DNA from: Candidatus Poseidoniaceae archaeon
GTDB lineage: Archaea > Thermoplasmatota > Poseidoniia > Poseidoniales > Poseidoniaceae
Direction: 5' to 3'
NCBI GenBank assembly: GCA_965662895.1
Contig: CBFIJH010000004.1
Span: forward strand, 64,001 to 128,000
Length of the DNA: 64,000 bases
A program made the translations under genes and the position numbers. This document shows positions 56,669 to 64,000 of this stretch, in pieces (the first letter of the stretch is position 1; each line of letters opens with the position of its first letter). The notes below the pieces were generated by a model. It was not told the origin of the DNA. It saw only the letters and a program-made list of their open reading frames with translations, and ran no database searches.

Positions 56669-57916
56669 TCACCCTTTGACGCCACCTGCGGATAAACCAT
56701 CGATCAAAAATTTCTGGAAAAAGAGGAATAAGAGGGCCACAGGTAAACTTACCAACAAACTGGCAGCAGCAAAGTCACCCCATGCTTGACCCGTGGATGA
56801 AATAAGGGAGGCCAACCCGACCGGAAGTGTGTACATGTCATTTGAGGTGTTGAACGTTAATGCCAACAAGAATTCGTTCCAAGCAGCGAGGAAACTAAAC
56901 AATGCTGTGACGGCGATGGCGGGGGTTGAGAGAGGCAACACAACCTTCGTAAAAACCTGGAATTGGTTGCAACCATCAAGGGCAGCAGCTTCCTCAAGTT
57001 CGCGAGGAATTGTATCAAAAAACCCCTTCAACATCCAAACACAAAGTGGTAACGCTGTAACACAGTAAGCAAGGATAAGTCCCAAATGTGAATTCAAAAG
57101 ACCAAGCGTCTTCATAACCAAGAAGTATGGAACAAGAATAATGATTCCTGGGAACATTTGCACCAAAAGGAAGGAAAACATGGAAGCGTCACGTCCAGTA
57201 AATTTGTATCGACTAAACGCATAACCTGCAGGTATGGCGATGAAGAGTCCGAGAAGAGCAGTTCCAACACTCACAATAAGCGAATTTGTTAACCACGTCC
57301 AAAACGAATCCCCATTGAGTATCTTCGAGAAATGATCCGTTGTGAAGGAATCACCGATTTGTCCCCCAAGAGCATTCCCTTCTGAGAACGCAATGTCAAT
57401 AATCCAAACCAATGGAATGACCGTAATGGCGACAAAGTGAAGAAGCGTGATATGTGTCGATGTTGCATGGTAAAATTTGCTTAGATTCGCATTCCTCATC
57501 AACCCGTACTCAATTGCTGAATCGGAGAGTTTCCTCGAGGTCCAAACTGTAACAGGTCGTCCCGACAGCCAGAAGAGTGTCAAACCGGATGGAAGAAGGC
57601 TCCAGCAATGAAACCAGATGTTAAAGATGGTTGGGTCGGTTCGTAGAATCCGGTACACAGCGATACCGAAAAGTGACGCACTTAAGACCAAAGAGATGTT
57701 CCTGCGTACATGGTCGTTAACGTTCGGAAGCGATGCACGAAGAGCCGCAAAGAGAAGGCAAGTAATTACCCCAAGAAGGAGTAAGTCCGATTCAGCACGG
57801 AGATAATCCACTGTAAGAAGAAGGATATTCATGAGAAATGCAGCAACAAGCCATCGTCGCAACATGACAATTTCCAATGGCACATACCACCAGCGCATGT
57901 CATTGGAATCGGTCAT
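56669..57916 (-). CDS. Sugar ABC transporter permease (MalG-like) with N-terminal extension
   Basis: AGYAFSRYKF, VQMFP, LKGFFDTIPRELEEAAALDG, AWNEF, TLPVGL, GLSAGGVKG. Confidence 0.9.
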   Translation of the reverse strand: MTDSNDMRWWYVPLEIVMLRRWLVAAFLMNILLLTVDYLRAESDLLLLGVITCLLFAALRASLPNVNDHVRRNISLVLSASLFGIAVYRILRTDPTIFNIWFHCWSLLPSGLTLFWLSGRPVTVWTSRKLSDSAIEYGLMRNANLSKFYHATSTHITLLHFVAITVIPLVWIIDIAFSEGNALGGQIGDSFTTDHFSKILNGDSFWTWLTNSLIVSVGTALLGLFIAIPAGYAFSRYKFTGRDASMFSFLLVQMFPGIIILVPYFLVMKTLGLLNSHLGLILAYCVTALPLCVWMLKGFFDTIPRELEEAAALDGCNQFQVFTKVVLPLSTPAIAVTALFSFLAAWNEFLLALTFNTSNDMYTLPVGLASLISSTGQAWGDFAAASLLVSLPVALLFLFFQKFLIDGLSAGGVKG

Positions 57917-60534
57917 CCTACCGCCTCCGTGGCATTGGTTTGCTTCATGTATCGCCAAGAGAATGCAAACAACATCAGGAAGATGATGACCGACCACGCC
58001 GCTGCAACGCCATAGGCACCTTCACGGAAGGCCACATCGTAGACGTAAGTGATCAAAATATCTGTTTGACCTGGTTCGCCAAAGTAGAGATTCGGACCAC
58101 CATCCGTCATCAAATAAATGACGTTGAACATGTTGAATGTCCAGATAAATCCAAGAAGCGTGAGCGGAATTAAGGCACTTCGCAAGTTTGGTAACGTCAG
58201 ATGTCGGAACGCTTGCCACCCCATTACACCGTCGATTTCAGCGGCCTCGTACATGTTCTTGGGTAACGATTGCAATGCACCACTTATGGACATCATCATG
58301 AACGGAACACCCAACCAAATGTTCACAAGAATAACAATAATTTGTGCCCCAGTTGGATCTGAAAGGAAATCGATGTTGGTTCCGAGTAGGTCGTTGATAA
58401 AACCATCCGGTTGGAACATACCCCTCCAGACGAGTACAGAAATGTAAGATGGAACAGCCCAAGGAAGCAACAAAACCGTGCGGTAGGCAACCTTACCTCG
58501 AATACGACTACGATGCAACATGATAGCGAGGAACAACCCAATTCCGATGTGTGCTGAAACATTGACAACGGTCCAAACAAGGGTGAACAAGGTCACACGG
58601 AGGAAGCCATCCGAAGCAAAAACCTCCCAGAAGTTCTCGAGTCCAATGAAGGATTGATCGCCAAGTTGCGTTTGATTTGCATCGGTAAATGCAAGCCAAA
58701 ACCCGTACAAAACAGGATAGAAAGTCAGGATTGCCAACGAGAGTAAGGCAGGTGCAACATAGAAGTGCGCAAGTTTTGATTTCGTCCGACCAAGTTTTGT
58801 GTCGTTCCACTTTGCAAAACTGAGCAATGCAATGAGCGAAAGAACAATTGCTCCTAAGGCGAACATGACTGGTGATGTATCACCTGCTTCAGGTCGTTCA
58901 TCGGCAACACTGGTACGCGCATTGATGGAAGAAATCAAAACACCATCTCCGTACACTTCAATTCGATGTTCTTGACCAGGAACCATACCTGTAAGGTCGC
59001 ATTCTATTGCATCCATAGTTTCCAAGGCGACCCGTTGTTGGCCGACTTGGAACAGCTCATTGGCTCCAGCAGTACACGAATCATAACCGAGAAGTGAACC
59101 GTTGTTTGATGCTTCGATACGAATCTCTGTGTGCAATTGATCATCAACAAAAACGTCGTACGCTGTCGCATTGGTTGTCTCAAACTCGATGGTAATCGTA
59201 CGGTAACCCTCTGCAAGCGGGTAAGGCTCTGCACGAGAGATTGAATCCATTTGCTCTTGGAGTTGTTGATTGGCCCCTGACAAGGCATCCACTGTTGAGG
59301 CAATGCCTGAATACGCCTGCTCAAAAGCGGTTGACAACGGATCGTAAACAAGGGACATGGCTCTTGTGGTCGGAGCGGGCGTTCCTTCCTTGGTTTGCTG
59401 AAGGAAACCAGCGAGCACTTCATCTTCGTTGATTTCTGAATCTGATTCAAGTGCAACATGTGTGGGCATCGTGTACGTCTCAACTGCAAATTCCTTCTGG
59501 ACATCTTCCGATGAGAGCCAAAGTGCAAGTTCTGTTGCTGCAATTTTATTGGCGCTTTGTTTGCTCACAGTCCACCCTTTGTAGGTAACAAGTGGCGACA
59601 TTCGCTGCTCAGTACTTTCGACAGTTGGCAACAACGTTTGACCAATGTTTAGCCGACTGGCTTCATAGGTCGCCCAATTCCATGGACCATCGAAAATCAT
59701 GGCTGCTTTTGAGGAAATAAACTGATTCTTCATACCCTCAATCTGTGTACCCGTTGCGACCACACCGTGTTCCAATTCCAAATCAAGCATCCATTGCATC
59801 GCTTCACTCGAACCATTCGAATTGAGCGTAGGCTCACCGTTCTCATCAAAGAGCGAACCTCCAAATCCTTCCTGAATTGGGAACCACCAATATGCGGTCT
59901 TGACTGGAATTGCCAGTCCTTGCACATCATCATAGGTCAGGGATTTCGCTGCCTGCAACAAGTCTTCTTCCGTCCAACTCTCATCCGGATATTCAAGACC
60001 GCGGGAGTCAAACAACGCTTTGTTGTAAATCAAAGAAAGACAGTCCTGACTTGCTGGAACCCCGTACAGTGCGTCACCGTAACGCATCGCTTGAAGAGCA
60101 CGCTCCTCGAATTGGGCTCGGTCTTGTGGCGTGAGGTGAGGTCGTAAATCTTCCAACAGCGGGTATCCATCGACACGTACCTCTCCAATAGCGCCGAGTT
60201 GGTCACTCGATAATCGCATCAAATCAGGAGCTTGTCCACCCTGAGCAGCAGTCATGAACAACTGATCAGCGTTACCAAACGGAACCATCGTCACGTCAAC
60301 CGTAACATTCGGATTCACAGTCTCGAAGGTCGAAATAGAATTCATGAAGACTTGTTCTTCCTTGCTTTCAGCAGCGAACGTATGCCAAACTTCGAGAACG
60401 ACTTGACCGTCTACGGATGTTGCTTCACCAGATTGTTGATCAGTTCCGAGGCAGCCCGATAAGAAAAGCAACATGAACAAGGCGAAGGCAAGGAGTCGTT
60501 TCCGAAAGGAAGGACCATGCTCCACCCCCAGCAT
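57913..60534 (-). CDS. Fused maltodextrin-binding lipoprotein (MalE-like) and MalF-like permease
   Basis: Lipobox LSGCLG; LEVWH, APDL, LYGVP, LIYNK, AMIFDGPW; C-terminal FIGLENF, LLPWAVPS, VNIWLGVPF, YEAAEIDG, FNMFNVIYL, TDILIT. Confidence 0.9.
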   Translation of the reverse strand: MLGVEHGPSFRKRLLAFALFMLLFLSGCLGTDQQSGEATSVDGQVVLEVWHTFAAESKEEQVFMNSISTFETVNPNVTVDVTMVPFGNADQLFMTAAQGGQAPDLMRLSSDQLGAIGEVRVDGYPLLEDLRPHLTPQDRAQFEERALQAMRYGDALYGVPASQDCLSLIYNKALFDSRGLEYPDESWTEEDLLQAAKSLTYDDVQGLAIPVKTAYWWFPIQEGFGGSLFDENGEPTLNSNGSSEAMQWMLDLELEHGVVATGTQIEGMKNQFISSKAAMIFDGPWNWATYEASRLNIGQTLLPTVESTEQRMSPLVTYKGWTVSKQSANKIAATELALWLSSEDVQKEFAVETYTMPTHVALESDSEINEDEVLAGFLQQTKEGTPAPTTRAMSLVYDPLSTAFEQAYSGIASTVDALSGANQQLQEQMDSISRAEPYPLAEGYRTITIEFETTNATAYDVFVDDQLHTEIRIEASNNGSLLGYDSCTAGANELFQVGQQRVALETMDAIECDLTGMVPGQEHRIEVYGDGVLISSINARTSVADERPEAGDTSPVMFALGAIVLSLIALLSFAKWNDTKLGRTKSKLAHFYVAPALLSLAILTFYPVLYGFWLAFTDANQTQLGDQSFIGLENFWEVFASDGFLRVTLFTLVWTVVNVSAHIGIGLFLAIMLHRSRIRGKVAYRTVLLLPWAVPSYISVLVWRGMFQPDGFINDLLGTNIDFLSDPTGAQIIVILVNIWLGVPFMMMSISGALQSLPKNMYEAAEIDGVMGWQAFRHLTLPNLRSALIPLTLLGFIWTFNMFNVIYLMTDGGPNLYFGEPGQTDILITYVYDVAFREGAYGVAAAWSVIIFLMLFAFSWRYMKQTNATEAVG

Positions 60535-60587
60535 GCACCGCCCTTGAATTATGCCGACTTAAACACCACGGAAAGCCGTTGAAAACA

Positions 60588-61508
60588 TTAGTTTGAATTG
60601 TGGTAGGCAACTGGCAATTGACCAAGTTGCATCCATTCGAAATGCAAGAGGGTCTTCATTTCCATTCGAGCACCTTGTCTCCATCGTTTCCTCATGGTCC
60701 GTTCAACCTCTCGGCTTGGAAGAGGTGGAGCAGAAAACCTGCAGTTCGATTCATCAGCCTTCGGAATGGGTGCATCGTTCCACTCAACACCCCATAGAAT
60801 CAACCATTCCGGAGGAGCGACACCAAAGTCCACCTCAATTTCTGGATGTTCAATCGCCTTTTGGACATCACTTGGTGTAATCTCTCCAAGCGCAAGAAGA
60901 TGGATTGCCATTGCAGTACGTCGAACTTGATTCCAGAGAAATGCTTCACCAACGATTTCGAATCCAACAGTTCGACCATCGACAATCCATGGAGTGCACG
61001 AACGAACGGTTCGAATTGGGTTTTTTCCGGGTTCAAGTCGGGCAAAGTTTCGAGCATCGTACGTCCCTTCGAACAACTTCAACCAATCCACGATTGCTTC
61101 ACCAGGATCTTTCCAAAACTCGATCCCTTCCAACCTGTATCGATACGTACGGTAGAGCGCCATCCGCGGATTCCAATCACCATCAACCTCTCGAACATCC
61201 AAAAAAGCAATTTCATCAGGAAGAAGGTCATCAACTGCACGAACGAATTTACGAGGCGTGATGCTCTCCCAGAGCGAGGTAGCGATTCGAACGGTTCCGC
61301 CATTCAAACGAACGTGGACACCAGCATCCGTCCGACTTGAAAGAACCAAATTGTGTCCTTCTTGGTTTGCCGAAATCCATCCCAGCTTCTGAAATGCGTG
61401 AATCAGTTCTCCTTGGACGGTACGAACATCGGGTTGAATCTGGCTGCCATGAAAAGCGTCGCCAAGATAGCCAATTCGAAAATGCAGACGAGTTTCTGCA
61501 TCGGACAT
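60588..61508 (-). CDS. truA: tRNA pseudouridine(38-40) synthase
   Basis: IGYLGDAFHGSQIQPDVRTVQGEL, SSRTDAGVH, RTYRY, AFLWNQVRR. Confidence 0.92.
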   Translation of the reverse strand: MSDAETRLHFRIGYLGDAFHGSQIQPDVRTVQGELIHAFQKLGWISANQEGHNLVLSSRTDAGVHVRLNGGTVRIATSLWESITPRKFVRAVDDLLPDEIAFLDVREVDGDWNPRMALYRTYRYRLEGIEFWKDPGEAIVDWLKLFEGTYDARNFARLEPGKNPIRTVRSCTPWIVDGRTVGFEIVGEAFLWNQVRRTAMAIHLLALGEITPSDVQKAIEHPEIEVDFGVAPPEWLILWGVEWNDAPIPKADESNCRFSAPPLPSREVERTMRKRWRQGARMEMKTLLHFEWMQLGQLPVAYHNSN

Positions 61509-61517
61509 AACCGAGCC

Positions 61518-62036
61518 TCAATCTTCGGAGGTTAGGATTTTTGCTGCTTCCTCTGGAGTGTAGCCAAGTCCACCAACTGCCCAAATCAAAGCTTGCTTAA
61601 CCCATGGTTGAACCATCGGGTTGCCTTTTTCTGGGTCGATGACTTCAATGGTGTCAACTATGTTTCTTGCAGCCATGTAAAGAACGTCATCGGTTGGGAT
61701 GTCTGCCATCTCGAGACGGCGGCTGTACCGTTGGAACTCTTTGACCGCTTGAGGTACTCGACGACATTCAAGGGCAAACGAGGCAAAATCAGCGATGTAC
61801 TCATCGTTTTCTTCATCAAGTTCCATTGCCTTTTTGTACGACATCATGATTTTTGTACCGGGGACAACATCGTCCTGTTCTTCCATGTTGAGCATGTTTG
61901 CAAATTCTGCATAGGTGTGCTGAAGTATTGCGTTGTCTCGGTTGGAACGTAGTTTGCCATCCAAATTTTCAACAGCACCTTTCAAGTCACCAGAGCGAAA
62001 TAATTCCATCGCTTCTGCCATCACATCATCACTCAT
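61518..62036 (-). CDS. Hypothetical helical (TPR-like) protein
   Basis: AMELFRSGDLKGAVE and YKKAMELDEENDEYIADFA are TPR-like patterns. Confidence 0.65.
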   Translation of the reverse strand: MSDDVMAEAMELFRSGDLKGAVENLDGKLRSNRDNAILQHTYAEFANMLNMEEQDDVVPGTKIMMSYKKAMELDEENDEYIADFASFALECRRVPQAVKEFQRYSRRLEMADIPTDDVLYMAARNIVDTIEVIDPEKGNPMVQPWVKQALIWAVGGLGYTPEEAAKILTSED

Positions 62037-62086
62037 GCTTCTCTCTCCGATTTGACCAAAAATTGGGGGTTCTTGAAGACAGCGGT

Positions 62087-63127
62087 TCATTCTTGTCCTT
62101 GGTTTTGTTCGGTTAGGATTTCAGCGAGGTTGTCCAACTTTGTAGACTGACTGTGCTTTTTGTGCATCTCATTCAGGAGAGTCTTGGTATCCTCCCAACC
62201 ACGGATTTTGTAAAAGCAGTGTTTCGGATCGGGCCGAACGGTGCGGATTGTGCGTTGGTAGAACAACAACGCAAAGAAGGATTTGAGAAGACTCTTTCCT
62301 GCTTTTTCGGCAGTGGTGTCGCCCTCATTTTCAGGCAGGTTCGGAGAGACTCCAACACTACCACCAACAGATTCTTCGACGATTCCGACACCGGAATCGG
62401 TCAGAATCGAAAGCGTAGCAAATCCCGTCATGGTTCCAAATGGCGTGCGTTCCACCTGCACTTCTGAAATACGATCGAAAAGAATTCTTCGATGAGCACG
62501 ACTGAGGAGGAATGCATGCTTGAAGATGACAGCATTGCTTGTAATGGCATAATCAAAACTTCGCTGATAGTAGAACACCAGCGCCCAATATGTCAGCGTA
62601 AGGACAAGCCCTGCAATAAGGAAATTGTAGGTAAGGCCGAGGAATGGTTCAACATCTGCATCAGAGAATAGGTCTCGAATCAGTGCGATGAAACCATCTA
62701 TCTGAATAAATACGGGCAAGAAGGTCGCTAGGAGCAACCAAACCGTTACCCACTTTCCGGACGTCGATGTGTTCATCATTCTGTTAAACCATGTGATGAT
62801 GGCCATGACCAAAACAAACCCAAACGGGAACGTAGAACCTCCCAATCCCATGACCCAAACGATAAATTTCGCAAACCCTCCGGAATTTTCGTTCAAGAGA
62901 GCGTCCGGTTTCCAAAAGAGCAAATGGATTCCAAAGACGATTAATCCAAGGACGTACATACCCATGAATCCAACGGGACTCGGAGATTTCGTGAGAAGGA
63001 CTTCCTCTCCTTCGATGAGCTTAAACCGGTGCTTCAACGCATCTTCGTTGGACATTTTTTTCGAAGAATCATCGACTTCAGTGCTTGTGTTTTCAGTTTC
63101 TCGAGACTGGACCTCTTCATCGCTCAT
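62087..63127 (-). CDS. Membrane protein with bacterial PH (bPH_2)-like domain
   Basis: GEEVLL, 4 TMs, YAITSNAVIFKHAFL...ILFDRISEVQVERTPFG...GFATLSI. Confidence 0.75.
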   Translation of the reverse strand: MSDEEVQSRETENTSTEVDDSSKKMSNEDALKHRFKLIEGEEVLLTKSPSPVGFMGMYVLGLIVFGIHLLFWKPDALLNENSGGFAKFIVWVMGLGGSTFPFGFVLVMAIITWFNRMMNTSTSGKWVTVWLLLATFLPVFIQIDGFIALIRDLFSDADVEPFLGLTYNFLIAGLVLTLTYWALVFYYQRSFDYAITSNAVIFKHAFLLSRAHRRILFDRISEVQVERTPFGTMTGFATLSILTDSGVGIVEESVGGSVGVSPNLPENEGDTTAEKAGKSLLKSFFALLFYQRTIRTVRPDPKHCFYKIRGWEDTKTLLNEMHKKHSQSTKLDNLAEILTEQNQGQE

Positions 63128-63205
63128 CGTGTTGACCCATTATGGTGTTGTCACACAAGCACATAAGCCCTTTGCCGGATTTAAATCCAAACAAGTCGCA
63201 TTTGG

Positions 63206-64000
63206 TTAGTGCAAAAGCCCCCAACTGTGCTCTGCATTTCCTCGAATCCATTCGTACATCGACGCTTGACGAAGTCCATGCTCATCTTCGATGGTGAGCG
63301 ATTCAACTTCGAGAGGGTATTCGTTGTAGGTAAGGTGCGACCAAATTCCACCCCGAGTTGGTTGATGGAAATCCCAATATGCACGCGCAACGGCGCGGAC
63401 CTTCACACGGATTGAGGTTCGACCGTTCTTGAGGTGAATGTCGAAAAGCGGCAACTCATTGTCTTGCTTTTGCTTGTCAACGGTTACGATTCGAAAACGC
63501 TCGCTTCGACCGTGTTTCGCGTCGTGGAATAAGCCACCTTGACTCACAGCGATGTGCGATACATCACGACGTTTCCATGCACGAGGATCACGGCTGAGAA
63601 TCGTCGTTGAAACGTGTGGTAAGAACCAATCCAAATAGGACCCATCGGAAAAGTGAAGAACGCCCCAGTACCATGGAACGCTCGGTGCTTGAACACAGAC
63701 TTTTTGGAAATAAGCTGTTCCGGTAACATCAATATGATCGATGGTTCCAGTGACCTTGGTTCCATGAAGACGAAGGATATCATATCCCAAGGAGCCGAGG
63801 TATGTTGCTGTCGCTTCGCGAGTGGTTGACATCGCTGGATTCCACGGCGTCATGTTCAATCGTATGGATTGCACAGCATCATGGTCCAAATCGAGGTTGA
63901 GCCAGAATTGTGAGCGATCGGAATGCATGCCCATTGAACAATCACCATCGAGCAATGGAACCACAGCTCCACCACCCTGACCTTTCGTACCTGGCCATGA
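63206..64000 (-). CDS. Hypothetical beta-rich protein, possibly AttH/tocopherol-cyclase-like fold (5'-truncated at window edge)
   Basis: Frame stays open to base 64000 (SWPGTKGQGGGAVVPLL...); VTGTI...GTAYFQK, PWYWG and GNAEHSWG. Confidence 0.65.
   Translation of the reverse strand, partial: SWPGTKGQGGGAVVPLLDGDCSMGMHSDRSQFWLNLDLDHDAVQSIRLNMTPWNPAMSTTREATATYLGSLGYDILRLHGTKVTGTIDHIDVTGTAYFQKVCVQAPSVPWYWGVLHFSDGSYLDWFLPHVSTTILSRDPRAWKRRDVSHIAVSQGGLFHDAKHGRSERFRIVTVDKQKQDNELPLFDIHLKNGRTSIRVKVRAVARAYWDFHQPTRGGIWSHLTYNEYPLEVESLTIEDEHGLRQASMYEWIRGNAEHSWGLLH

Overview
Gene-dense archaeal chromosome segment of moderate GC. The gene content (CarS, AglB with WWDYG, split GMP synthase, split GcvPA/PB, DRG GTPase, tRNA-Ile2(CAT), a PGF-CTERM protein, many large acidic surface proteins) points to Marine Group II Euryarchaeota (Ca. 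Poseidoniales). That assignment is inferred from content, not from a search. I found no CRISPR array, rRNA, integrase or transposase. Main blocks: (1) a giant (>1649 aa) AglB-like oligosaccharyltransferase missing from the ORF track because it runs off the left edge; (2) purD, carS and surface proteins; (3) a tRNA-bracketed 12.6 kb block with an HD dNTPase-like gene, a membrane-anchored multi-OB-fold protein, a TctA/DUF112 permease, a lamin-tail/PLD surface enzyme, YccA, an IPNS-type 2OG-Fe(II) oxygenase and thymidine phosphorylase, which reads as a candidate extracellular-DNA uptake/scavenging system and is the top finding; (4) guaAB, purE, glycine cleavage genes and a group II decarboxylase; (5) ThiR plus a thiamine ABC transporter; (6) housekeeping genes; (7) a 15 kb alpha-glucan utilisation locus (GH57, GH77, GT35, GH13, and an ABC transporter with a MalE-MalF fusion); (8) truA and hypotheticals. 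Start codons were often trimmed relative to the ORF track. All functional calls come from motif recognition by eye.
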